Below are positions 49,089 to 58,500 of a stretch of 64,000 bases of DNA, in pieces. The stretch comes from Candidatus Velesiimonas alkalicola (GTDB lineage Bacteria > Omnitrophota > Gorgyraeia > Velesiimonadales > Velesiimonadaceae). The DNA is taken from positions 64,639 through 128,638 of the forward strand of contig NDHX01000002.1 in NCBI GenBank assembly GCA_013626165.1. The letters run 5' to 3'. Each line of letters begins with the position of its first letter. Positions within the stretch are counted from its first letter, which is position 1. The notes beneath the pieces were generated by a model. That model made no database searches. It had not been told where the DNA came from and saw only the letters and a list, made by a program, of their open reading frames with translations. A program made the translations under genes and the position numbers.

Positions 49089-49853
49089 TTAATACTTAAT
49101 ACCTGTTGCCAGTGCCTTGTTTTTATATATCTCACCAGCTTTTTTATATTCATTTTTATCGCCTATATCTAACCATTCACCCTCAAACTTATATCCATAT
49201 GTATTTTCCACTTTATATAACCAGGAAATATAATGACCTGGTTGATCTGGGTTATTTCCTTCCTCTATGTATCTGTTTACTAGTTTAAGTGTATGCGAAG
49301 GAAAAAAGTAAAGACATATGGCAACAAGATTTGAACGCGGTTGTTTTGGCTTTTCTTCAAAGTGTATTATATGGTTTTTTTTATCAATTTCAACTGCACT
49401 GTATCTTTTTACCGCAGATATATCCTGCACCTTATACAATCCTATTGTAGAATATGGAATATGTTTTTTTGCAAAAGAATAAAATTTCATCATATCAAAA
49501 TCAAAAAGGTTATCGCCTGCAACAACCAGTGTATCATCCTTTATCTTTTTTTCTTCAAAAACAAACCTCATATCGCCTACAGCACCTCTTTTATCAACAT
49601 CACTCAATGTGCCGTCATCAATTATTTTTATAGAAACATCGGTTTGATATGTATTTGCCCAGATTTTAAATTTTTCTGCAAATTTATGGTTTGTAACAAT
49701 TATACATTCTGATATATCAGGAATTACAAAAAGGTTTTTCAAGATATGTTCAAGTATAGGCTTGTTGGCAACATGCAACAACGGCTTTGGTTTATCAAGT
49801 GTAAGCGGGTACAACCTTGTTGCATATCCTGCTGCAAGAATAAGTATTTTCAT
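49089..49853 (-). CDS. Sugar-phosphate nucleotidyltransferase (NTP_transferase)
   Basis: ILAAGYATRLYPLT..PKPLL, AGDNLF, FEEKP, WLDIG. Confidence 0.9.
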   Translation of the reverse strand: MKILILAAGYATRLYPLTLDKPKPLLHVANKPILEHILKNLFVIPDISECIIVTNHKFAEKFKIWANTYQTDVSIKIIDDGTLSDVDKRGAVGDMRFVFEEKKIKDDTLVVAGDNLFDFDMMKFYSFAKKHIPYSTIGLYKVQDISAVKRYSAVEIDKKNHIIHFEEKPKQPRSNLVAICLYFFPSHTLKLVNRYIEEGNNPDQPGHYISWLYKVENTYGYKFEGEWLDIGDKNEYKKAGEIYKNKALATGIKY

Positions 49854-49860
49854 ACTTCTT

Positions 49861-50643
49861 TTATGGAATAACAAATGTTTGAAATCCCATCTGTCTTAAT
49901 TTTTCTGCAAAATCTTTTGCTTCTGCCCTTGTCTGAAATTTACCTGCTCTTACCTTAAAAAGAGGTTTTCTATTTTTTTCAGCCTCTACAATCTCTGCCT
50001 GTATAGCTTTTTTGGAAAGGTCTCGGACAAGGCCGTCTGCGCTTGACCTTTTACTGTACGCACCAACCTGAACACGAAAATATGGAACCTCCGTTCTGAG
50101 AATTTCCTCTGCCATTGCAGCCTCAGGGCTTAAGGGATAATTTTCTATCAACCCCTTTAAAATCCTTCTTGAATCTTCCCATCTTGAAATATACTGAAAA
50201 CACCTTGCCAATTTGAACTTAACAGTGGGTATGTTATCAAGATTTGGATTTTCCTGAATAAATTCTTCATACCCCAAAGATGCCTCCATATACTTACCTG
50301 CAACAAAATCACAATCAATAAGTGCTAATTTTATTTGTTTAATTAGATTTTTATCAGAGGTTATACCGAGAAGTTTATTAAACTCTGCTTTTGCATTGTC
50401 TGTGTCCTGTTTTTGTAAAAAAGATAGTCCTTTAAGATAATAAACAGATTCGGGTTTCAAAAAATGAAACCTTTTTAAGATGTCATCACATACCCTAATA
50501 CAGGAAATATAATCAGACCTCAGATATAATTCATCCGCAAGAGCCTTCATCTGAACAAATCTCCTTGGCTTTTGCCTTGCGTCACAAACAAAGCAGGAAC
50601 CGATAACAACTATAAATACTAATACAGATTTAAACATATTCAT
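49861..50643 (-). CDS. Exported TPR protein with C-terminal SPOR domain
   Basis: Signal peptide; BamD/CpoB-like TPRs (..YPLS); YFRVQVGAYS...FKVRAG. Confidence 0.82.
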   Translation of the reverse strand: MNMFKSVLVFIVVIGSCFVCDARQKPRRFVQMKALADELYLRSDYISCIRVCDDILKRFHFLKPESVYYLKGLSFLQKQDTDNAKAEFNKLLGITSDKNLIKQIKLALIDCDFVAGKYMEASLGYEEFIQENPNLDNIPTVKFKLARCFQYISRWEDSRRILKGLIENYPLSPEAAMAEEILRTEVPYFRVQVGAYSKRSSADGLVRDLSKKAIQAEIVEAEKNRKPLFKVRAGKFQTRAEAKDFAEKLRQMGFQTFVIP

Positions 50644-50722
50644 CTTTTATTTTTTTGCTTTGTTTAAATTAAAAATTTTTAATTTTTGAACTTTTATCAA
50701 ATATAAAATTGAAGATATTATT

Positions 50723-51541
50723 TTATGCCCTTGTTTTTCCGCCGGAAATATTTATACAGGTTCCTGCAATATAACCTGCAAGGTCTGATGCAAGAAAACA
50801 GACCGTATCTGCCACTTCTTCAAGTTTTCCAACCCTTCCAAGCGGAATAGAAACTTTCTCATAAGATTTTCTTAATTCTTCTACGCTTATGCCTCTTGTA
50901 TATGCAAGGGCCCTTTCATACTCAGGTGTTCTTAAGGCTGTTGCCTCTAATATGCCAGGTGTTACACCTGCAACCCTTATATTATATTTCCCAAGTTCTT
51001 TTGCCCACGACCTCGTATACGAATAAAGGGCAGCCTTTGTTGCCGCATACATACTCTGCCCCTGTGAACCTTCAAGCCCGCTTTCGGAAGAAACATTTAT
51101 TATGACGCCTTTTTTTTGTTTTATCATAATCCTTGCAACCCCTTGCGCACAGAAAAATGCACCCTTCTGGTTTATTAAAACTGTTTTATCCCATATGGCT
51201 TCCGTTGCATCTTCTTTTCCGGCAGGATCAACAAGAAGCCTGGGTATAAGTATCCCTGCATTATTTACAAGTATGTCTATCCTTTTATGTTTCTCAAATA
51301 TGGTGTTCACCATATCGTCTATACTTTTCTTGTTGCCCACATCGCACTGCACAAACATAACCTTGCAACCATTTATTGTATTCTTAAAATCAGTTATGGT
51401 TTTTTCCGCAACATCCCCGTTTATATCAACAATAACAACAGAGGAGCCGGCAGAAAGAAATTTTCCTGATATTGCCTTTCCTATGCCAGATGCTCCACCG
51501 GTTATAATAGAAACTTTGCCACTTAAATCTATATTTATCAT
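50723..51541 (-). CDS. SDR, sorbitol-6-phosphate 2-dehydrogenase-like
   Basis: TGGASGIG, NNAGILIPRLLVD, SESGLEGSQGQSMYAATK, PGILEATALRT..YERALAYTR. Confidence 0.8.
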   Translation of the reverse strand: MINIDLSGKVSIITGGASGIGKAISGKFLSAGSSVVIVDINGDVAEKTITDFKNTINGCKVMFVQCDVGNKKSIDDMVNTIFEKHKRIDILVNNAGILIPRLLVDPAGKEDATEAIWDKTVLINQKGAFFCAQGVARIMIKQKKGVIINVSSESGLEGSQGQSMYAATKAALYSYTRSWAKELGKYNIRVAGVTPGILEATALRTPEYERALAYTRGISVEELRKSYEKVSIPLGRVGKLEEVADTVCFLASDLAGYIAGTCINISGGKTRA

Positions 51542-51567
51542 ATTTTTTAGGTTTAGTTTGTATTAGG

Positions 51568-52206
51568 CTATCTGACTATCCTTTTTATTTTTCTTGCAAC
51601 TCTTTCTGCCAGTATTCTGTACCCCTGACTATTGGGATAATATAAGCCACTTCTGTACCGTGGGTTTGTCATTACCCCATCAAGCCAGTTTGGTATATAT
51701 ATACAGCCAAACTCTTCAGCTAGCTTTTTATAGCGGTAGGAATACTCATCCTTTTTCATTCCCATTTTAAGTCCTAATATTACACATACAGCCCCTTTTT
51801 TTTGAATTTCTAATATAATTTTTTCAAGGTTTTGAAAGGTCTGGTCAACAGGAATTCTTTTAAAAAAATCCTGCCTGCCAAGTTCAATAATTACTATTTG
51901 TGGATTCTGTGTTAGAACATCTCTTTTCAATACATCAATCGCAGATTCCGTCGTTCTACCTTCCGCAGAGACATTAACAACCACAACCTTGTTTAACATC
52001 TTTGCAAGCTGGCTTGGATAATCCTCACCCAAGGGCACTCCCCTGCCTGCTGTTAAATCCTCTCCAAAACATACAATAAGCGTGTCTTTACGCCCATTAG
52101 TCAAAGAAGATATATTTACGATTTTTTGCCCTGATAAAAAACCTAAAAGAAAGATTATACAGATAATAACAGATACAACAAGGAAAAAAAGAATAAATTT
52201 TCGCAT
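51568..52206 (-). CDS. Membrane-anchored SGNH/TesA-like protein with degenerate catalytic residues
   Basis: CFGEDLTAG, ELGRQD, LYYPNSQGY aligned to SGNH blocks I, III and V. Confidence 0.75.
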   Translation of the reverse strand: MRKFILFFLVVSVIICIIFLLGFLSGQKIVNISSLTNGRKDTLIVCFGEDLTAGRGVPLGEDYPSQLAKMLNKVVVVNVSAEGRTTESAIDVLKRDVLTQNPQIVIIELGRQDFFKRIPVDQTFQNLEKIILEIQKKGAVCVILGLKMGMKKDEYSYRYKKLAEEFGCIYIPNWLDGVMTNPRYRSGLYYPNSQGYRILAERVARKIKRIVR

Positions 52207-52209
52207 ATC

Positions 52210-52713
52210 TTACAGTTTATAGCCTATACTCCTTAAAAAACTTTTTCTCCATTTTATATCTTCTTCCTTTTCCGTTCCTTTCGGCGAAAAACCGTCAATA
52301 ACACCCATTACACCCCTTCCCTGCGAAGTCCGGGCAATTACAACCTGAATGGGATTTGCGCTGGCACAGTATATATTGCACACCTCAGATACATTTTTTA
52401 AATTCTGCATACAGTTTATCGGAAACGCTCCCTTGATAAGCAGGACAAAACAGTGCCCGGCACCGATTCTTTCTGCTATTTCAATTGAATATTTTTTTAA
52501 TTCCTCATCATTTGCTTCTGACCTTATAAGACACTTGCCCGAAGATTCACAGAATGAAACTGCAATCTTTATACCCGGGACACTTCCGATTATAGCCTCA
52601 TATATATCCTCAACGGTTTTTATAAAATGCGCCTGCCCTAATATGATGTTTATATTCTCGTAAGGGCTTATTTCAACAACCTCAAGATTTATATCCATTT
52701 TTCTACCCTTCAA
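52210..52713 (-). CDS. Adenosine-specific kinase family protein (DUF355)
   Basis: NIILGQAHFIKTVED, FCESSG, GAGH, CASANP, GRGVMGVIDG. Confidence 0.88.
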   Translation of the reverse strand: MKGRKMDINLEVVEISPYENINIILGQAHFIKTVEDIYEAIIGSVPGIKIAVSFCESSGKCLIRSEANDEELKKYSIEIAERIGAGHCFVLLIKGAFPINCMQNLKNVSEVCNIYCASANPIQVVIARTSQGRGVMGVIDGFSPKGTEKEEDIKWRKSFLRSIGYKL

Positions 52714-52841
52714 CTAATTTAAAATTCTGAATTATGGTGAAGAAACACCCCGTTCCCTCCCCCACTTTTCCATGCCCGTGATTTGCCCCCGACACAAGTT
52801 AATGGCAAGTGCTGTGGCGGTGGGCAGATAATTATGATAAA

Positions 52842-53549
52842 TCAGGAAATCTCAACATCTTTTATATAAAAACATATATCCTGAACAATTTCTTTTATAA
52901 AATCTTGACTGTAAGGTTTTATATTAAGATATGTTGGATCAAGTGTGTCCCTTGGAACAAACTGTTGAAGGATAATCTTTTTTATACCGAGATAAAATAG
53001 TTCCCTGGCAAAACCTTTGAAGTCTTCTCCGTCAAATATTGTCGGAACAAGGGTTGTTCTAAAATCCGAGTCTATGTTGTTTTCTATGATAATCTTTACG
53101 GACTTAACAATATTATCTACTGAAACATCCCCACCTGTTGCAACCCTATATTTTTCAGAATTCAAAGGAGCTTTTATATCTATTGAAAACGAATCAGCAA
53201 GACCTGAATCAATAAGATACCTTATTATATCGGGATCTGTTCCGTTTGTGAATATCTTTGTTTTTAGATTCATCTGTTTTATATTTTTTAAAAGAAGGGG
53301 TAATCCTTTATCTGTGGTAGGCTCCCCTCCCGATACGACGACCGCATCGATCCATCCCTTTTTCTCTTTTAAATATCTTTCTATGCTTTCCCATTTTACT
53401 TCAGGCTGGCTTTCAGGATTGGTCACAAGAGCACTCGAATGGCAGAAAGGACATCTTAAATTACACCCTCCCAAAAATACAACAGAACATATTTTTCCTT
53501 TCCATTCAATTAAACTTACGGGTAAAAATCCCTTTATCTTTGGCATCAT
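52842..53549 (-). CDS. Anaerobic ribonucleotide reductase activating protein (radical SAM, NrdG-type)
   Basis: FLGGCNLRCPFCH, VSGGEPT, TNGT, DIKAP, FRTT. Confidence 0.85.
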   Translation of the reverse strand: MMPKIKGFLPVSLIEWKGKICSVVFLGGCNLRCPFCHSSALVTNPESQPEVKWESIERYLKEKKGWIDAVVVSGGEPTTDKGLPLLLKNIKQMNLKTKIFTNGTDPDIIRYLIDSGLADSFSIDIKAPLNSEKYRVATGGDVSVDNIVKSVKIIIENNIDSDFRTTLVPTIFDGEDFKGFARELFYLGIKKIILQQFVPRDTLDPTYLNIKPYSQDFIKEIVQDICFYIKDVEIS

Positions 53550-53629
53550 ATCTACATATAAGGTTAAGAAGGACTGTGCACTCTTTTTGTATCTTATGTG
53601 TGTTATTGTCGTATAAAGATACCAGAAAA

Positions 53630-54463
53630 CTATTCACTTACCTTGAAAATATTACAGGAATGTTTTTCTTTTTCTACAAACCTTGATTGTCTGGTGGAAA
53701 GTTCTTTAAAATCAACCAGGTGAGCATCAAAATCCGGGCCATCCACGCAGGTAAAAAGTGTTTTACCTCCCACACTTACCCTGCAAGAACCGCACATACC
53801 TGTTCCGTCCACCATTATTGAATTTAAGGACACTATGGTTTTTATACCCAATACTCTTGTGGTTTCAGACACAGCCTGCATCATTGGTATTGGTCCTACT
53901 GCAAAAATTATATCAATTTTTTCTTTTTGTATAACTTGTTTTAAAATATCTGTTACAAGTCCTTTTTTACCGTAAGAACCGTCGTCGGTTGTAATCTTAA
54001 GCATATCACTTGTAAAGTGCATCTGCTGTTCAAGTACTGCAAGATTTTTTGTCCTGAAACCAATGATTGATATAACCCTGTTGCCTGCTGTTTTAAGTGC
54101 AACCGCTATGGGATAAACCTCTGCAACACCAACCCCTCCTCCTACACAAACAGAGGTCCCAAACTTTTCAATATGCGTTGGTGTCCCCAGAGGACCTGCA
54201 ATATCTTCTATATATTCTCCTTGCTGAAGACTGCCGAGCCATTTAGTGCTTTTTCCTACTTCTTGAAATATAATTGTTATTGTTCCTTTTTCAAGATTTG
54301 TTCCGGCAATTGTAAGCGGAAATCTTTCTCCTTTTTCTTGTATTTTAATTATTATAAACTGACCTGGTTTTGCTCCCTGTACAATCCTCGGTGCTTCTAT
54401 AACCATCTGAACTGTCACTTCATTTAATCTTTTTCTTTCTACTATTTTATTCATATCATTCAT
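53630..54463 (-). CDS. NfnA/SudB-like FAD and [2Fe-2S] subunit
   Basis: PGQFII, ERFPLT, GPLG, GGGVG, TDDGSYG, MVDGTGMCGSCRV, CVDGPDF. Confidence 0.9.
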   Translation of the reverse strand: MNDMNKIVERKRLNEVTVQMVIEAPRIVQGAKPGQFIIIKIQEKGERFPLTIAGTNLEKGTITIIFQEVGKSTKWLGSLQQGEYIEDIAGPLGTPTHIEKFGTSVCVGGGVGVAEVYPIAVALKTAGNRVISIIGFRTKNLAVLEQQMHFTSDMLKITTDDGSYGKKGLVTDILKQVIQKEKIDIIFAVGPIPMMQAVSETTRVLGIKTIVSLNSIMVDGTGMCGSCRVSVGGKTLFTCVDGPDFDAHLVDFKELSTRQSRFVEKEKHSCNIFKVSE

Positions 54464-55242
54464 ACCTGTATTATTAAATGGACTCTTTCTATTGAAAATG
54501 CCTTTCCAGTTTTTTCATTTATATCTGCTATTATACCCTGAATCTGCATATCACCTTTTGCAACCTCACACTTTACAGGCACCTGTTTAATAAATCTTTC
54601 TATTATCTGTTCAGGTTTTCTTCCAAGTATTGAATTCAAAGGGCCTGTCATACCTATATCCGTTATATATGCTGTGCCTTCTGGGAATATTCTTTCATCT
54701 GCGGTCGGTATGTGTGTATGTGTGCCAAATATTACACTTACTTTCCCTTTAAGAAAATATGCGAGGGCAAGTTTTTCAGACGTTGCCTCCGCGTGCACAT
54801 CTACACATATGATATTTGTTTCTTTTCTTAACTGCCCTACTATCTTTTCGGCAAAGCTAAAAGGGTTTTCAAGAGGTTTCATAAAGACCCTTCCCTGTAG
54901 CTGTAAAACCCCTATTTTGAGGTTGTGTTTTTCAATAATTACACTTCCAACACCCGGGGTAAAGAGAGGATAATTTACAGGTCTTAAAAAATTTTTTATT
55001 GTACCTATCACAGATATCATCTGTTTTTGGTCCCATATATGGTCACCTGTTGTGATAATATCCGCGCCACTTTGAAAAATTTCCTGTGCAGTTTCTTCGG
55101 TTATGCCTGCCCCTCCTGCTGCATTTTCTGCATTTGCAATTATAACATCCAGAGGTTTTGATTGTTTAATTATCTTAAGTCCTGCCTTAAATGCTTTTCT
55201 TCCCGGTTCACCAACAATATCTCCTACGCAAAGCACCTTCAT
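54460..55242 (-). CDS. ymdB: YmdB-like metallophosphoesterase
   Basis: [38 protein letters not shown]; downstream of rny. Confidence 0.92.
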   Translation of the reverse strand: MKVLCVGDIVGEPGRKAFKAGLKIIKQSKPLDVIIANAENAAGGAGITEETAQEIFQSGADIITTGDHIWDQKQMISVIGTIKNFLRPVNYPLFTPGVGSVIIEKHNLKIGVLQLQGRVFMKPLENPFSFAEKIVGQLRKETNIICVDVHAEATSEKLALAYFLKGKVSVIFGTHTHIPTADERIFPEGTAYITDIGMTGPLNSILGRKPEQIIERFIKQVPVKCEVAKGDMQIQGIIADINEKTGKAFSIERVHLIIQV

Positions 55243-56795
55243 TTTGCAATCTCCACTGCTCTTAATTCTCTTATAACAACAACCTTAATTTGACCAGGAT
55301 ACCCAAGTTCAGCCTCTATCTTCTTTCTTATATCTTTTGCAAGTATAAACACATCTGCATCACTTATCTTTTCAGGTATAACTATAACCCTTATCTCACG
55401 ACCCGCATGTATTGCAAATGTGTTCTGGACACCCTTAAACACATTTGCAATCTCTTCCAATTTCTTTATTCTTTTTAAGTATGCTTCTACTGTTTCTCTT
55501 CTTGCGCCAGGGCGGGAAGCACTTATTGCATCAGCAGCCTGTACAAGAGCAGCATAAAGTCCCTTAGGTTCAATTTCTTCGTGATGGGATTCTATTGCCT
55601 GTGCAACCTCTGCTGATTCCCCATACTTTCTTGCAATATCCGCTCCTATATTAGCATGCGTGCCTTCGGTATTGTGGTCTAATGCCTTTCCGATATCGTG
55701 GAGTATTCCTATTCTTCTTGCAAGAGAAAAATCCGCTTTTAATTCGCTCGCAAGAACACCCATCAAAAACGTTGTTTCTTTTGAATGTTGGAGAACATTT
55801 TGTCCATAACTTGTCCTGTACTTTAATCTGCCAATAAGTTTTACCAGCTCTGGATGAAGATTATGTACCCCAACTTCAAATATCGCCCTTTCACCTTCTT
55901 CACAGATTGTATTGTCAACCTCTTTTTTTACTTTTTCAACTACATCTTCAATCCTTCCTGGATGAATCCTGCCATCTGCCATAAGACACTCTAATGAAAT
56001 TCTTGCAACCTCCCGCCTTACAGGATCAAAAGATGACAGAGTTACAGAGCCGGGCGTATCATCAATAATAAGTTCAACACCCGTGAGTTCTTCAAGCGCC
56101 CTTATGTTCCTTCCCTCTCTTCCGATAATCCGTCCTTTCATATCATCATTGGAAAGATTAACCACTGTAACGGTTGCACCCGCTGTATGGTCTGCTGCAC
56201 ACCTCTGTATTGCAAGGCTTATGATTTCTTTTGCATTTTTTTCTGCATTTTCTTTCGCCTCATTTTCAATCCTTTTTATAATAAGGCTCGCCTCCTGCTG
56301 TGCCTCATCCTTCATTCTTTCAAGAAGAAGTCTTTTTGCCTGTTCGGAGTTCATGCCTGATATAGACTGTAGTTTGCATTTTTCTTCCTGAATAAGATTT
56401 AACAATTCATTAGAATGTACCCGGATGTTTTTTTCCTTATCCGCAATTTCTCTTTCTCTTGTCTGAACATTGCTTTCTTTTTTCTCTAAGATATCAACCT
56501 TTCTTTCAAGATTTTCCTCTCTTTGTATGAGCCTTTTTTCAAGGCTTAATATGTCCTGTCGTCTTTCTTTTATTTCTTTTTCAAAATCTGACCTTGAGCG
56601 GTACAATATTTCTTTTGCTTCTATCTGTGCATTTTTTATTTTATCCTGTACATTTTTTTTTGCATCTTCAAGTATCTGTTTTGCTTCTCTATAAGATTTT
56701 TTCTTAAAACCTAAAAATATAGTTGCCGTAAAAATTACACCTATGGATATACCTATAACAAATGCAATTATTAAAAACAAAGAAATGTTCTCCAT
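55239..56795 (-). CDS. rny: Ribonuclease Y
   Basis: N-terminal TM, coiled coil, KH ([13 protein letters not shown]), HD (LHDIGKA), SASRPGAR. Confidence 0.97.
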   Translation of the reverse strand: MENISLFLIIAFVIGISIGVIFTATIFLGFKKKSYREAKQILEDAKKNVQDKIKNAQIEAKEILYRSRSDFEKEIKERRQDILSLEKRLIQREENLERKVDILEKKESNVQTREREIADKEKNIRVHSNELLNLIQEEKCKLQSISGMNSEQAKRLLLERMKDEAQQEASLIIKRIENEAKENAEKNAKEIISLAIQRCAADHTAGATVTVVNLSNDDMKGRIIGREGRNIRALEELTGVELIIDDTPGSVTLSSFDPVRREVARISLECLMADGRIHPGRIEDVVEKVKKEVDNTICEEGERAIFEVGVHNLHPELVKLIGRLKYRTSYGQNVLQHSKETTFLMGVLASELKADFSLARRIGILHDIGKALDHNTEGTHANIGADIARKYGESAEVAQAIESHHEEIEPKGLYAALVQAADAISASRPGARRETVEAYLKRIKKLEEIANVFKGVQNTFAIHAGREIRVIVIPEKISDADVFILAKDIRKKIEAELGYPGQIKVVVIRELRAVEIAK

Positions 56796-56842
56796 CTTAC
56801 CTCCTCCACTTTATACCTGTCTGCCCAAAAGGTATGTTAGTA

Positions 56843-57451
56843 TTATGAGGTGATAAGATGCGTGAGTGGAATATCGTGGGACTCTATTGGAAGATTCTGA
56901 ACGATCTGGAACTTAAAACCAATCCCTACCTTTGGCACATCCGGTGAAAGTGTGCTTAAAAAACGGTCATAATAGCCGCCTCCTCTGCCCAACCTTCTTT
57001 TACTTTTATCAAAGGCAACACCAGGGACAACCACAAGATCAATCTGCGATAAGTCCACAGGTCTAAAATTAGAAGGGATTGGTTCTGGAATGCCATATTT
57101 ACCTTTTTTTTGAAGTTCCTTTTCAGGATTTAATAGTTCAGAAGCCATAAGAAAATTATCCTTTACAAGTGGAACAACTACTTTTTTCCCAATCTTCAGA
57201 GCCTCAGATATCATTCGCATCGTCTCAACCTCTCCATTAAATGAAACAAAAAACATCACTACTTTTGCCAACTTAAATTCTTTTAAAGAAAATAATTTTT
57301 TATAAATAAGCAGACTTCTCAAATGCCTTAAAAATATATTCTGTGAAGATATTTTTAAAAGTATTTTCTTCCTTATATCTTTCTTTAACAGTTTGACCTT
57401 TATTTTATCCGGAATCTTTTCCATTGTCAAGCTTTTTTTAACCCATGTCAT
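56843..57451 (-). CDS. 5-formyltetrahydrofolate cyclo-ligase
   Basis: EVET, GIPEP, VVPGVAFD, RLGRGGGYYDR, HD. Confidence 0.93.
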   Translation of the reverse strand: MTWVKKSLTMEKIPDKIKVKLLKKDIRKKILLKISSQNIFLRHLRSLLIYKKLFSLKEFKLAKVVMFFVSFNGEVETMRMISEALKIGKKVVVPLVKDNFLMASELLNPEKELQKKGKYGIPEPIPSNFRPVDLSQIDLVVVPGVAFDKSKRRLGRGGGYYDRFLSTLSPDVPKVGIGFKFQIVQNLPIESHDIPLTHLITS

Positions 57452-57509
57452 TTAAGAATTAAAAGTGGACAGGTTTTTTGTTGAACTCCAATGATAAGAT
57501 TTACCACGC

Positions 57510-57549
57510 TTGAAACGTTTTCGGAGTCAGGTGCAGCGATTGGTTAAGC
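57510..57549 (-). other. Left half of an attC-like site after hicB
   Basis: GCTTAAC (RYYYAAC) CAATC GCTGCACCTGAC on the minus strand, 11 nt after the hicB stop; no matching right arm found. Confidence 0.55.
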
Positions 57550-57560
57550 CATTACTGCGG

Positions 57561-57794
57561 TCAACGGTTTTCATTTTGAATGATAATTTTAGAATCTGGA
57601 TTCTTAGGAAGAACCGGAAGTTTTTGTTCTTTCAGCAAATCAATATGCTCTTTTATTTTCCACTTAGCCTTATACAAACAATCTTCTACAGAATGTCCTA
57701 TGCCTGAAAAGCCTTCCAAGTCAAGGGAATAAAAACCGAAATAATCTGGTTCTTCAGTAGATTCAATCACTAATGAGTATGGCAATTCAATCAT
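57561..57794 (-). CDS. hicB: HicB-family antitoxin
   Basis: Short HicB fold (FYSLDLEGFSGIGHSVEDCL...LP); directly after the hicA remnant. Confidence 0.82.
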   Translation of the reverse strand: MIELPYSLVIESTEEPDYFGFYSLDLEGFSGIGHSVEDCLYKAKWKIKEHIDLLKEQKLPVLPKNPDSKIIIQNENR

Positions 57795-57798
57795 ATCA

Positions 57799-58003
57799 TC
57801 ATCCTCCCTCTTGTAACCGCTTGATTCCTGCGGCCTTTAGAATATTATGGCAAGTGCCTGTGGGAACTTCCTTTGACCCATGGTAATCAACCCGAATCAA
57901 TTTATCCCGTTCAGACTTTTCATAGTATCTTATTGAACCTTTCTGTTTCACAACTCTAAAACCCATTTTCTTCTAACAGTCTAGCCAGTTCACTGAACTT
58001 TAT
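57799..58003 (-). pseudogene. hicA: HicA-family toxin pseudogene
   Basis: ATA start, KFSELARLLEENG, then a one-base frameshift near 57960 to FRVVKQKGSIRYY...RVDYHGSKEVPTGTCHNILKAAGIK. Confidence 0.8.
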
Positions 58004-58028
58004 ATAGTTCTCCAGGTATTATTTGATG

Positions 58029-58070
58029 GTCTAACAAGTAATTAGACAGTTTATTAGTCCGTTATTAGTC
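58029..58070 (-). other. Putative integron attI site
   Basis: GTCTAAT-TACTT-GTTAGAC simple site (7-5-7, R box GTTRRRY) preceded by two direct repeats GACTAATAA (58062-58070, 58051-58059). Confidence 0.6.
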
Positions 58071-58080
58071 AGTTACAAAA

Positions 58081-58109
58081 AGTATAGCAAAAAGGCTTGA
58101 TTCTGTCAA
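58081..58109 (-). promoter_or_regulatory. Near-consensus sigma70 promoter (Pc-like) reading into attI-hicAB
   Basis: TTGACA (58109-58104), 17-nt spacer, TATACT (58086-58081). Confidence 0.7.
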
Positions 58110-58500
58110 TGGCATGCAAATACCTTTTTTAATTTTGCCATAAGCAATTTTATTCCTACAGTTTTTACTTTTAGAATATTTTCTTAGGCTGTCCACCATT
58201 CTAACCATCTCCTTATTGAGGCTTATTCTACTATAAATTGGGTGTAATTGTATAAAATAGCCTATCTTATTCTTTCTATGGTGATTACTGTTTCTTTCAG
58301 TCTTCGATTATTACTTAATTTATGTAAATAAATTAACCAAGAACCAGAAAAAACCCTGACCTTCAATGTTGCATATGTATCTTAACTTTTTCAGTGGCTA
58401 TAGAATATCAAATATAAAACAAATAAAAAGAACTTAAAATGCTTTCTCATTGCTTTTTATAAATATTTTGATAAAATGAAAATATATTCAGGAGGAGAGA

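Noticed and set aside
57452-58500. 6S RNA expected upstream of the 5-formyl-THF cyclo-ligase gene
   Set aside because: No long irregular hairpin recognisable; the space holds the hicAB/integron-like fragment and AT-rich sequence
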